Of a stretch of DNA of 64,000 nt, positions 12,123 through 24,990 are shown piece by piece. Position numbers and translations under genes: made by a program. The first letter of the stretch is position 1, and every line of letters starts with the position of its first letter. The DNA lies in NCBI GenBank assembly GCA_965649765.1, contig OZ287748.1, forward strand, positions 62,682,001 to 62,746,000, in the 5' to 3' direction. The notes under the pieces were generated by a model. It was given only the letters and a program-made list of their open reading frames with translations, was not told the origin of the DNA and searched no databases. This DNA comes from Bispira polyomma. Its lineage: Eukaryota.

Positions 12123-12370
12123 AAACCTCCGGCAATGAGGTTATGGTTTCACCTGTGTCTGTGGTTTTGTTGTTAAGTTTGTCACCAACATTACACAAAA
12201 ACTACGGAACCAATATTCGTGAAACCTGTCAAGGAGGGATGAGACATGAGCCAAGGAAGAATCCATTACATATTAGAGCTAATCAAGGTAGAAGGGCCGA
12301 TGCAAATATTGTTAAAAAAATTTTGGGACTTTGAATGAAGTATGCACTTTACTGAGTACCCTTCTAGTTT
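12123..12370 (+). mobile_element. Helentron-associated (HINE/DINE-like) interspersed repeat; reverse copies at about 10282-10490 and 16197-16442
   Basis: acctccggcaatgaggttatggtttcacc start, gccaaggaagaatccatt core and tatgcactttactgagtacccttctagtt end, inserted in T-runs; reverse-complement counterparts present in the other copies. Confidence 0.6.
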
Positions 12371-12730
12371 TTTTGTTAATGATTTAGTATGTAACATAGA
12401 TCACATTCCTTATTCTCTTGGGGAGCTCAGAGTGACCAAATTGGAAGAACCCAGGCTGAGGGTATAAAAAGACTTGATTAAGTGTGATATGAGACTATAA
12501 ACCTACACATTTACATTTACTTACTTATTGCCCTCCCTGTCTCGTTACAGGCAATATCAGACATGATAAACCTACACAATAGTATGTACATTTACTTCAC
12601 AAGGTTATATTGCTTTATCTATTGGGGAAGAGGGCGGGGCTGACAAACGACAGCTGATGGCCGACACCAATTCTAATCTAATCAAACTTTTATAAAGCTT
12701 AATCTTCATTACGATGGATTCTAAGGCTTA

Positions 12731-13802
12731 TATATATGTTGTATTGAAAGTAGATAACCATTGAATGTATACATTCAATGGCACCAACTATTGAATGTGT
12801 ACATTCAATGGCTTAACTGTGGAATGTGTACATTTAATGATTTATCTGTAGAGAGTATACATTCAATAGCTAAAACTGTTGAATGTATACTCTCCATGGG
12901 CTGAGTCATTGAATGTGGAGTACAAAGACAAATGTGCATAAAAATTAAAGAAAGCAAACACATATTAAAAGAAAACCATTTTATTTGTCTAAAAACCAGA
13001 ATATATTTTGTCATCTTAAAGGACTCCATTAATATCAAAGCAAGGTGATTAAAGAGATCACAAACATAAAAGACCTATTTCTACCCTTGATATAGTAATC
13101 CACTTAATTGCTATTAAGATCAAAGCAACACCCCCACTTTAACAGTTATGTGCTTAAAGAGATCACCAATATAATCTGTAGTTGGGTAAGTCTTGAGTAT
13201 AAATAAAAGACCTATTTACCATCTTGATATACTAATCCATCTAAAGTAGTTAGGGAAGTCCTGAGTATGAATAAAAGACCTACTTACCCCCTTGATATAG
13301 TATTCCATTTAATTGCTATTAAGATCAAAGCAACAACCCCACTTTTACAGTTAGGTGATTAAAGAGATCACCAATATAATCTGTAGTTGGGTAAGTCCTG
13401 AGTATGAATAAAAGACCAATTTACCCCCTTGATATACTAATCTATTTAAAGCAATAACTTATTTTAAGTAAGGATTAACAATACAGATATGATTTAAGAA
13501 TGGAATCAAACTGATTTGTACATATTGAAATATTAACATTATTAAATTTTATCTACATTCCATGAATCAAACTGATTTGTACATATTGAAATATTAACAT
13601 TATTAAATTTTATCTACATTCCATGACCTGGACTGTTGAATGTACACTCTCCACAATATACTCATTGAATGTATACATTCCATGGATGTCAGCTGTTGAA
13701 TATACACATTCAATGACTAGCCTGTGGAATGTACACATTCAACAGTAAAGCCATTGAATGTAAACATTCAATGGTTATCTACTTTCAATACAACATATAT
13801 AT
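12731..13802. mobile_element. Foldback-like element: about 52-bp near-perfect TIRs, subterminal arrays of palindromic units (about 32-bp period) and unrelated duplicated sequence in the middle
   Basis: tatatatgttgtattgaaagtagataaccattgaatgtatacattcaatggc versus gccattgaatgtaaacattcaatggttatctactttcaatacaacatatata; unit ttgaatgta(t/c)acattcaa. Confidence 0.8.
13040..13625. repeat. Tandem duplications of about 200 bp (13040-13450) and a perfect 61-bp duplication (13503-13625)
   Basis: aattgctattaagatcaaagcaaca..taaagagatcaccaatataatctgtagttgggtaagtc occurs twice; gaatcaaactgatttgtacatattgaaatattaacattattaaattttatctacattccat occurs twice. Confidence 0.9.
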
Positions 13803-14072
13803 CATGATCATATTCAAGTTCCTAACAACCTTTACAAGAACATAGGCCTATTTTTTTCACCACACTACAAGTGTGAAAACAATTTGTGCCTGTAAAATCG
13901 GCTATATGAAAACACCAAAATGCGCCGCCAGAAATTGGCTCCTGGCCATCGGCAATAGGCAGTCTCCTACATGGAAACATAGGCTAATAATCATACTTAT
14001 TACCTTCCATGTATCATTAAGGGTAGTATCAGACTATGAACCTACACCGTATGACAATGTTTTGTCACTTAC

Positions 14073-14243
14073 CATACTTATTGCCCTCCATGTCAAACTT
14101 GTTGTCCAGTATAAGCATGATGCGTGCGTCTTTGTGGCGGGTATAGATGTGCCACTCACAGAAGCAGTTAAGGCGATACTTGTGAGGGTGGTGTGGTGAT
14201 CTAATCACTCCCCCACCTCCTGAGGAAATGTTCTGCATGCAGC
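14073..14243 (-). CDS. Exon (171 nt, phase 1-1): first part of CUB-d (SCMQNISSGGGGVIRSPHHPHKYRLNCFCEWHI...FDMEGNKY)
   Basis: Acceptor cgttatcag|, donor G|GTAAGT; SPxHP..Y...C.W.I motif; ORF 14065..14274. Confidence 0.92.
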
Positions 14244-15014
14244 CTGATAACGAAGCAAAATTATAACTGAACAAAATTGTATGTAATACCAGGAATACAA
14301 AGAAAAGTTACTTAATAAGTACTTTCTGACTATCTTTGTGTTTACTGATATATATATTTTTCAAAATTACAAACTAAAACTTTGCAAACTAAATATTACA
14401 TTGTTAAGAGATAACCAAGAATTTGGAAGCGACTAAAGTTTTTGCATATAAAGTAAAGTCTTCAGTAGTAACATAAAGAATGTTTTGAAGTAAAGTGCTT
14501 TGAGATTTTGAAACAGGTGCTATAATAAATGTTCATTTATTCTTATTGTAAGTGGAGAAAATTTATAAAAAAATTGCTTGGAACAGAAAAATTAAAAAAA
14601 AGGAAACTGATAACACTCTGACGATGGCTGCAATAAAAATTAACAAGTACCAATACCGTACAATGTCCATTTTAATGATATTAGTCCCTGTTATCTAATG
14701 ATATTGGGGGACCTAGATTTTGTTGGGATAATAGAAGGTTCATTATACCTGAAGCACTGTTGTACTAAAACAATTAAGAAATTTGGAACAGAAGTTATCA
14801 AAATACAGTTTATTTTCTACATTATTACAACTGAATATAAAACCACTGTACAGTTTTTAGGTCAGACATCCTTGAAAAAATGATCAAACATTTTGATCAC
14901 AAAAAGTTTATTTACTGGAATTAATCTACGCCTACCAATAAAACCCACTATATAGATGTATCATAACAAAAACCCAATCCCAGAAGTCTCTATGTCATAA
15001 AAGCAAAGACTCAC

Positions 15015-15232
15015 TTTCTTCACAAGGCTGCCTCTCCAGAAACTCATATGTAGCTTTAAATCCTGCATTAAATTGGCCATCATCTAGTTCATGGTCTGAG
15101 TGGAAGAGAACTGTCATCCTATTGGTGTCTGAGATCACAGGCCCTGGGATCTGACTGCCACAGTAATGGCCCAATAACACCTCCTCATCACTGCTAGTCA
15201 CCTTGAAGATCTTCACATAGTCTGTGGAACAG
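15015..15232 (-). CDS. Exon (218 nt, phase 2-1): second half of CUB-c (NCSTDYVKIF...GHYCGSQIPGPVIS...FHSD...GFKATYEF)
   Basis: Acceptor attttgcag|, donor A|GTGAGT; C..DYV, YCG, FHSD and GF motifs; ORF 14995..15255. Confidence 0.94.
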
Positions 15233-16633
15233 CTGCAAAATGTACAGTAACACACATACAGTTAAACCTCCCATAGTAAAACCCCTCCCTATTTTAAATA
15301 ACAATGCCATTATAACATTCGGTCATATAGTTTATGTTATATCAAATGGGTTTTTTTTAATTTGCAAGAAGGCACACTGCAGAAACACATGGAATTTGTC
15401 AATACCACCGTATATTTCACCAAGAATTTGTTTTAAAAATTCAAATTGTGTTTGGCTCTTTCTGTCTTATTAATGCAGAAATATCAAATATAACAAAAAA
15501 CCAGGCTTTACAACAGCAGATCCTCTATTATTCAAATGTTTATCACCCAAATTTTTAAGGAATATTAATCCGACTTTTCCCAAATCTACATTTTCCTGTT
15601 GTTTCATACTAAAGTGCCTCTTCTTCTATTATTCGAACAGATTATCATGCTCCTAATAGGTTGTTCAGATAATAGAGGTTCTATTGCATGAAGAACCATG
15701 AGGCTGCAATTGCTGGGCTTTTTGGTATATGGTAGTCATTGTTATTCAGATAAGGACATGGATTAAATTAGCAGGGATTACAAAGCCTCTAGCCTGGCTG
15801 TTACACAGTGTCTCTTATTGCTTGGTATATAGTCACTTCTCATAGCATTCTCCACTGCAGGTTTATCAGAGTATGATAAATGGTGTCTACAGGGGAGCAA
15901 GTGGTCGACCTTGAATCCTTTTTTTATCAGGCACTACCAGATATTGATTTATTCTGAAAAGGGCACAGTCATGTTGGAATTATGTAACACCTTCATGGAT
16001 TGGTTGGAAGCAATAGACACGGCGGAACTGAGAAGTGTCAGATTTATATAATATTGTAAAGGCCTTCATGGATTAGTTAGAAGCAATGGGCCCAAGGGGG
16101 TGTAAGTCACAAATGTGCACTGTTGTCTTTTATAAAAGACAACTCTTGTTGGTTTTGTCGGAATCACCTTATACCAATTAACTAAAACAACTAAGAAACA
16201 AGAAGGGAACTTGGCAGAGTGCATACCTCTGCCAATGCGCTACTGTCAGTTGGTGCCAAAAACTGAAGAAAATTCCTTAAAATATACCTTTCTACCTGGA
16301 TCTGCTCTACCTTTCTGGTACCAGACGCCATCACTAAGACAAATGTCATGTAAATTAGTTCAGTAGATTTTGTGTAATCTTAATGACAAACAAACGCAGA
16401 AGTGAAAACAGTTGAAAACATAACTTTTTTGGTGAAGGTAGTATTTCCAGCAAATGTTTCTTTAATGTCAGCATTTTATTGCCAATGGTCACCTGGTTAC
16501 TATAGACTGCCCTGGTTTTACTGAAGTCTACTCTCTCTCTATATATATATATATATTTATAAAACCATAAAAAAGGGACAAATTGTAACATCTACACTTA
16601 CATAATATGCACTACCTTCAATGTTTAAAACAT

Positions 16634-16872
16634 CTGGTCCTGTATTCTCCAAACAAACTGAAGATCAAGGTCAGACTCATATCAAGTGAAGGCCATGTAT
16701 AACTCTTGTCTATGGCAATAACCTATACTTGTTACCATTCATTTTAATAGAGCTTTCCATACAGAATTCAAATATGCAATCACATTTTGTGTAGCGTCCC
16801 TCTTGTTAAAGATATAGTAAACCTTAGATTATAGTTGTACTTGAGATGTTTGGAGAATACGTATGGCCTCTG
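16634..16872 (+). mobile_element. Family X MITE copy
   Basis: gtattctccaaaca...tgtttggagaatac inverted termini; internal ttttaatagagcttt..gaattcaaatat shared with 48985-49232. Confidence 0.7.
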
Positions 16873-17399
16873 TATTGAGAGATACTGAAGTGACTGGTTG
16901 TAGTGTACCCCAGCTTCTATAGCTGTGTATTATTTCCCAGACACCAGGTCTCTGACTGGAGACCAGGAGGACCGACCCTGTGTATTGCAGGCTGAAGAGC
17001 CTTTTAACTCAGCTATAGTTATTTTAGGGGGAAAGGGAAGGGGGCTTGATCTTGCTTACCACCACTCTTATATTAACTTTGATTTCCTGCACATTGATTC
17101 CAACCACTCTCAGTTCAGTCATGGATTCCATGTAGTGATATTACGTCCCTTTATTGGTTTGGGAAGTTGCATTTCCCGCTTCTCGATATGTCTATTTTTT
17201 TCCCCTTCCACTGGATAATTCCAGAACGCATGTGACAATAATAAAATCAGTGTGTGGGATTTTTTTTTCTCAGTTCATTTTTTTAGGCCTTGACAGTCTA
17301 ATATTCATTATTGCCTAATAATTTGGAATTCTGCACTGACGAATGTGTAAATTGAACTTGTCATGCTTAACCTGATTTTGAAAATGATGAAGTAGTAAT

Positions 17400-18093
17400 A
17401 GAGTGTTTAAATTGAATAGTTATACCAGTCTATTTAAGCTATAATAGCCAATGAATTAAGATGGAGGTGTTTTTTTGTGCCTGGGTCCTGTTTTGTGCCG
17501 AGTTATATATAGAAAGGTGAATGACTGAGGCATGACTGATGTAAATTTGTCAACATTTAAAGTAATCAGGCTATAATTGTTGACATGGAATATATTCTTT
17601 ACCTTCTCAAATGTTTCAAAAAGTCTTTCTGTTTCTTGTAACAAGTTTCTTTTACCTCATTCCTTCAATATAAACATTAATTGGTAAAACGTTCTTTTAA
17701 TGTTATTCTTTCATGCATTAGTACACATAGTATATGTTAAAAGGCTATCATTGCACAAAATTATCCATTGGTCCAGTATTTCACAATGCAATGAACTGTT
17801 CCTTGTAAGTTCATAATTGTACCTTGAGATAATCATAATGTGAAAATTCAAGTTTACTCACATTACATCTGTTTTAAAGACCTTCCACTGGTTGCATATT
17901 GAATATAGGACAATATTTAACTGCTACCTTATTGTATAAATACACGTATCTCAATTCAGGTCTCCCTCGGTATTTCAGTCCTTCCTTGTCTTCCTCCTTG
18001 TACTTGTCAACTGAATACAAGGCAAGGTCTCATTCACCTTAGAATCCACTAGCATGGAGATATGTGCTATCAAAGTTAGATTAGATTAGATTA
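17400..18093 (+). mobile_element. Degraded L2-clade LINE 3' fragment
   Basis: From 17859 it reads HITSVLKTFHWLHIEYRTIF, matching the L2 ORF2 C-terminal motif HITPVLxxLHWLPVxxRIxFK; ends in a (TTAGA)3 tail at about 18076-18092; FKLN near 17406. Confidence 0.7.
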
Positions 18094-20733
18094 CCCTTTA
18101 CTAAGTGAAATGTATGTCAGGAAAGGATTTAGTAAGTCAGTGTTATAAATCCTTCACCTAAATTGCAGAACTTGTTTCTGTTACTATGAATTGTTTTCAC
18201 TTCTGTAATTGTATAATAATTGTTCCACTGAAAATAAAGAAATTGGCAAATATAATTGTAATTGATATTAATTGTATTTCTTATGCTGGGTAGTCTTTCG
18301 TATAATCTATACAGACGTACAAAATGAAATGCCATGTTATATTCTGTGTGCTCTATGCATTTGAACACCCTGTACACAATATAAGATGAGAATAGGAACT
18401 ATATTATGAAGCCACCAATTCAACAGGTATATATGAAACAGTTCTCACAACCAACCAAAAAGCCTATCACAAGAAAACGTGGGGTAAGATGTATGTTTCC
18501 CTGCAGAGATTTAATGTGGCATTTGGGAACACCCCACACAAAGATATCAGCCTTCAAGAGCACTTGTTCTTTCCTTGTTTTAAGACGCAGAGCACACCAT
18601 CTTATATTGACTTAGAACCCCCACAGAATGGCACTTTTAACTGTGTCAGAAAATAAAATCAATCTTGCTTTTCAGAATTTGAAATAGAATATTCCAAGTT
18701 TGATATCAATAAAATTTGTAAAATATTTTAATTTATTTATAACCTTTTCCGTTTTTTATTTCTGTTAAAAAAATCCTTCTTTCTTCTGATACAAATATAA
18801 ATGCAAATATTTTGGCTAATTTATTGCATCTCTTATCGTATTGCCCTAAAAATATCATGTGCATTGGAATATATTACTGTTTGGTCTGTGAACTTCACTG
18901 TAGCAGTCCCTACACAGGTACATCATTTAAACATGAAAGATTAACTTTTTTCCCCTAATCCTCTTCATACAATGTAGTAAGCCTCAGTTCTTACCAGACA
19001 AGAACCCAAAGGGGCAATGTCAGTAATTCTACTGCTCAAAAAGATTAAAGTCACATTTTTCAAAGTTGAAATCAAAATGTCTCATATTCTTTACTCAATT
19101 TGTGTGCTTGGAAGATCCTTGAATTAAATTGTGTAGTTTTTAGAACGTTTTGATTGATGAATGAGGTTAATCACCTTACTGCATAATGCTACATGTTTTT
19201 TAAGATATTAACTTTGGCCATTAAGGCTACTGAGTCAGAATGATGATTATTAATTGTCAGATAATATTTTTTGTATTTTAATGGAAAATTAAAAAAAGTC
19301 TTGCTAACGTAAATTAAATTTTTTAGATGTTCCTGCATGCGTCTATAAAAGTTAGAGCTTACTCTTTTGAAAGCTAAATTTGTCAAAGGGAAACCCGACG
19401 TCATTCTATTCTAGAAATAATTGTCCTTGATAAGCCCACAAGGATTGACCAAAATTCAAGTCACAAATGACAGATAAAACAATGCAAACAAGAAGACCAT
19501 TCTACACACCCAAATTAGACAGCAATTTTTTTATCAGAGAAACAACATGAATGAAATGGCTCTTTGTCCTTAAGACCCCACTTCATTCAAACGTGGAAGG
19601 CATTCCGACATTTAAAATTGATATGCACTGCTCTCTACTGCAGCAGCCCTTCAAAACAAAAACGTGTCCCAGGAGAGGAGAACTGGTGCCACATCTGTTG
19701 ATCAATTATTTGGCCCCAGTCATCTACTTCAGCACATTTAATTGCACTGTGCAAGGTTAGGAAATCACAATGGTGTTACACAAACAATTGCATTTACAAC
19801 GATAAAAATCACTGGTTCATTTTTATTTTTTTTGGCTGTTAGATTAGTTCAAGAAGCTTTGTTCTTCAGCTTTCATCTGCCTTAGCCTACATGTCTCCAA
19901 CCTCTAGTAGAAAGAGAAGAAAAAATAGACTTGAAAACAGAGCATTTAATTGCCCTCCAAACCTTTGGGATACGGCTGCAAATAACGTGGCTCCAACAAA
20001 AAATGTGGCAGAATAAATTAGATAGTGTGAAAATGGTACAGTAAAGATTAAACAGGCATTAAGTAGTTGTTTTGCAGGGGAAAAAAATCTAAGCCAAAAC
20101 TTGGACAGAAACTTATAAAGGGCAGTACATAACACAAGGTGAAATACAGTGAAATCCTTATAAGAGACTACTTGTACCATATAATCACATTTCTACAAAG
20201 ACCAACTTTTAAAGCTTATATATAAAGGTCACTTGTCCACAAAATGATAGTGACTGGGTTCCTAAAATATAACCCGGATCAAGCCAGTCATTCTGAGAGG
20301 ATGAGGACACAAGAGTCGTGATGGCGTTCGCCGGCTCCTGAACTTCCTTGACCACAAAGTAAGTGGAAGGCAACCCAATAATTATCTTAATTGTGAATTC
20401 AAATTTATACTACCCCAAGACAGAGGTTTGAAGATGTCAGCATTTATCAAAGTCCCAAAGTTCCTCAGCCAGTTAGATCTCAAGCATTGGCAAAAACCTT
20501 TTTAGAAATCTTGTGTTCAAAATACTAATTTAAACTTAACTATGTTGGTAACATACTGTTCCCATTAGTAAGCATGCCTTACTTTGTATACTCTGCCAAA
20601 TGCCAAACACCAAATTCATGTAATCAATATTTTACTTGGAAGCTTTAATCGCGATCCCTGACATCATGATATGGTTTTGTGCATGAGTAATAAAGTAACT
20701 AGTTCAAGCATGGTAAAAGTTAGGTAATGCTAT

Positions 20734-20924
20734 TACAGTACAACCTCTATTATCTAAATTTCTGTTATTTGCACATTTGGTTTATGAACTTCTTTTCGCT
20801 TTCCCAAATTTAGGTCTTTCTATTGTTTTGTACAAAAATGCCTCTTTTATGTTACAAATCTTCTATTAACCAAACAAAATCTTGCTCTCTCCCACCATGT
20901 TCGGATAACAGTGGTTTTACTGTA
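20734..20924. mobile_element. Tc1/mariner-like MITE family A (TACAGTAGAACCTCTATTATCC...GGTTCTACTGTA); copies at about 15513-15690, 37355-37540, 43730-43900, 50940-51110, 61180-61347, 63622-63996
   Basis: Inverted termini with TA flanks; shared ttctattatccaaacaaaatcttgc core. Confidence 0.8.
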
Positions 20925-21009
20925 TATACTTGTTATTATTACAGGTTTTAACCAATTTAACACATGCATCACCTGGATCTACTTGTGTTTTGTCTCATAC
21001 AGCTGTTTT

Positions 21010-21205
21010 TTGTCCTGCAGTGAATGGTGATCCAGTTGTAGTATAAGTTGTAGTATTTCTATTGCACCTGATTATTGCAGTGCAAACTATTATGAGACAT
21101 TGCAAATTTGTTCTCAAAGAGCTTTTTTTTCCAGTGGTGAATGGTGATAAGGCATCTTTTATAATTTGTAGTAATTCCACAGCACCTAATTATTGCAGTG
21201 CAAGG
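21010..21205. repeat. Degenerate tandem duplication (period about 127 bp)
   Basis: gtgaatggtga...tgtagta..t..a..gcacct.attattgcagtgcaa occurs twice. Confidence 0.7.
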
Positions 21206-24200
21206 TTTTCTGGCAGATGAACACCTGTTTGTATCTGTGACTAAAAATAAACTATGCACAGTATGTTCTGAAGCAAATTTAGCTGCAAAGTCAGCATTGT
21301 TGTTTGAACATATTTTAGTCACAATTAGGCAACAATCGCAAAAATACAATTATACAAAGCCTTCTTGCAATGAGATATTTACAAAAAAAGTCAGCATTGT
21401 AACAGGAAAGCCCAATATACCACATGAGGAAACAACCCAAGACTGAAAGCCTTTTGGAAGAGATGGTTTTAAGGGGTTGGTAATTGTACAAAAAGTAATA
21501 ATGTTTTTTGCAGATATAAATTTTTTTTGAACTGATGAGGACTTGTGTGAATCAATCCTTACCCTGTTTAAATTCTCTGAAGACGATTACGACTGATTTG
21601 GGTACGTTCAACTCTAAGAGACCATTACAGCCAATTGAAGTAAATTAATTGATGCAGTTAAGACATGCATGACACAATAAACGGGTAATAAGGTGAATGA
21701 CATCAAATTGATAGATTAAAAACATAGAAACTGCAGACTAACTAACATTTTCATGTCACTTTGGAACTTAATCAAATGACCGAATACATTTTTTGGTCAA
21801 AAGCTATTAAGCCTTGATCTTTTCTTTTCATAAAGGTAATGTACCAAAGTTGTTACCATACATATGCTTAAATTGCTAAATTTGCTAAAGAAGCTGTTAA
21901 ACAAAGTTGTTTAAGTTATGAAACATTAAATTATTTAAAAATTAAACAATTAAATTATTTCCTTATTTATATTATATAGTTTAATTTTAGTAAAAATAAA
22001 AAAAAAATAAATGGACAGAGTATTATATTTTAACAGTGTAAGCATTTTCCTTAAGTTAAGAATATTTTTAGGTCTACCCGAAAAAGAAGACCACACCATT
22101 GTACTTCTTTTTGATTACTATAATAATAGCAGAAAAAATTACTGCACTACAGCTACAAAATCAGCAGCATCCATTCAAGTTTAGCAAATAGAGTCTATTT
22201 TAAAGCTAGTTATTTCCCTGACATAATGCCACCCAATGATACACATTGAAGTAAAAAAACCTTTTTGACTGACCCTCAAAATTGCTCAATTATCAACTAG
22301 GGGCAATTCACTAGTTCAACATTGTAAAATATTCAACCTTCCTTAAATAGCACACTTTCTCTAGATGTACTTGATTAAATGTCAGAACAAACTACTGATA
22401 AAACTGATTTCATATCAGTAAAAACTAACTTTTTCCAAACTCCCTCCCTCTGCGATAATGCATCTACCCAGTCTAAAAAACCTAGAATTCTGTTGAAAAA
22501 AAAGCAGATTCAATCAGATTATGGCTTTTGCTTTGATAATGCTAATCATGACCACCATACATATTCCACTGTAACCATCAGTGGCAGATTTTGAAATGTT
22601 GGTAAGATCTTTGCGGGCGTGATGTATACCCAATGCACAGATATTCAGCTGACAGTGTTGTTGATTTTTTACTGATTGTCGGTCAATCAAGGTATATAAT
22701 AGATATGTCAATTTGTAAAAGACCAGTCAACTGTCAGGCAACAATCGATATATGTATCATAGAATTTAAAAGATACAGATAAAATATCGTAAGAACTAAA
22801 TAATTAATATATTACAACCACGTTTTGGCATGTGTTTAACAACTAGAAATTGAAAACAAAAAAGTGCAGTCTGTATACAAGATATAAACTCAAACTCTGA
22901 GGCCACACTCTCTAATATCAACAATTTACAAGGAAATACATGTGCTTGGAAATAACCTGCAAGTAGTTGGGGTTTTTTAAATTAAAATTTACAGTGGTTC
23001 CAATGCTGATTCATTTATATGTCCTCATGACACCTGTTTTCAGGGTGCTAAGAATTATTTTTAATCAAAACTTTGAAAATTGTACACAATATGTAAAATT
23101 ACATGTATGTTGAGCTCAGTTATTCTGTGACACATAATGAGTCGCCAGCAGTGAAATAATCAAAATTTAGAACGTTAAACTTTGAATACCGGAAATTTAT
23201 TCATAGACAACTATTTGGTAATTCTGTTTATTTACGCATTGCCTAAATTTCAAGATATTTAGAAAACTTGTTATGATATTAATATTTTGAGTCTGGGATG
23301 GATGTAACAATTCCTACAATTTAATCTTAGATGAATTTTCTGTAAGATCACTAATTCAAATTGTCAATCTGTTTTGGAGGGTTCATCTTCGAGCTTTAAT
23401 CTGACTTGAGGTTTGGCATTACTGCGTTATTCTGTGGCTCCTATACATTTACACCTGCTGTTACCTCGAGCACAACTTGTCACACTAAATGGAAAGCACT
23501 TCAGATGTCAAACAAAACCCACTGATGTTATCATTAAAAAAACCAGCCAAGTAATTCAGAAATATACTCACTGATCTACTACTATTTTAAGACTCATCTA
23601 CCATTCCCAAATGAGTTACTCAGTATGCTATTTAAGAATGAAGCAACTTGTCTAAACAATTGCATATATTTCTCTAACACATGAAATAATCCATGAAAAA
23701 AAAATGAAAATACCAAATCATTTTTTTAATACCCTTTTAAGAATAAAATCAACTTACATATCATAATTATGTACTTTCAATACTAGTTAAAAAAAATTAA
23801 CTAATACAATGTGCTGGGGGTTTGCTTAGCTATTTTCATGTGTGTGGTTACCTGACAAGTAAAAAATTTAATGGCCACCTGATGACATTGAGATGACTTT
23901 CTTGCATTCGATGGACTGATCTTGTCTGTCACATGTTGCAAAAATATGCTGCCAAAATATTTAACCTTCAGGACAACTTTGAGCTATTTTGTAAACTTGT
24001 CAGTCACTGTTGTGGTTATCAGTAGCACTACTGTGAGAATTTGCTATAACTAAGTAAATTATCATTTTTGGGGCTTTATAAAATTCCACTTAGGCTTTAA
24101 TAACCATCATACAGTATTATTAAAAACTATATGAAATATCTAAAAGTCACCAACAATAAAACATTTTTGTGACTCTTAGCAGAAAAAAATATTGCAGCAT

Positions 24201-24339
24201 TCTATCCAAGATAAACTTGACTTTTATCTAATTTCTAAAATCAAATATTTGGACAATAGAAATTCAAATAACACAGGTTCTACTGTATTTGGCGACTTTT
24301 CGATTCAATATCATAGATTTCAGCTATTTTCAAACTTAC

Positions 24340-24544
24340 TTGCCAGCCCTGTTCTCCACATTAAACGTCTCAAACTTGATCCTGATATTGGGGAGTTGAC
24401 CTCCAAAGAACTCGTAAGTACAGACGGCATTGTGTGGGTAGTTGCTGGGATGACGGGGTGAGTTAAACACCCCTTTGATTTCACTCTCACTGAGGTACTG
24501 AAAGTGGCAGCCTTCACACACAGGGGTGCCTGGAATAGCATAGT
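24340..24544 (-). CDS. Exon (205 nt, phase 1-2): first half of CUB-c (DYAIPGTPVCEGCHFQY...FNSPRHPSNYPHNAVCTYEF...FETFNVENRAG)
   Basis: Acceptor gttttttacag|, donor AA|GTAAGT; SPRHPSNYP...C motif; ORF 24336..24557. Confidence 0.93.
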
Positions 24545-24990
24545 CTGTAAAAAACAAAGAATATCAGATAGAAGAAAAATACAGTTACGATAGTGTCTAA
24601 AACGACAGCCTTCACCCACAGGTGCCCCTGAAAAACAGAGAACTTCTAATAGAAGAAAAATATAGTACCGTAGTGTCTAAAACAACAGCCGTCACCCACA
24701 GGGGTGCCTGGAATAGCATAGTCGGTAAAAAACAGCCTTCACCCACAGGTGCCCCTGAAAAACAGAGAACTTCTAATAGAAGAAAAATATAGTACCGTAG
24801 TGTCTAAAACAACAGCCGTCACCCACAGGGGTGCCTGGAATAGCATAGTCGGTAAAAAACAGAGAACTTCTGATACAAAATACATACAGTACAGTAATGT
24901 CTGTCATAACAGCCTTAACATACAGGTGTGCCTGGAATAGCATAGTCTGTGAAAACTGTCTTTAATATAAAAAACACAGTCCAGTAACTG
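24500..24990. repeat. Tandem array built from the 3' splice site and first about 40 nt of exon 24340-24544
   Basis: cagcc(t/g)tcac(a/c)cacaggggtgcctggaatagcatagtc(t/g)gtaaaaaac repeated at about 24508, 24687, 24813 and 24910, with internally deleted variants at about 24607 and 24733. Confidence 0.92.

Noticed and set aside
18130-20180. Several 60-97 aa ORFs in a slightly GC-richer intron stretch, possibly a nested gene
   Set aside because: No recognisable domain and no consistent splice chain; probably decayed repeat sequence
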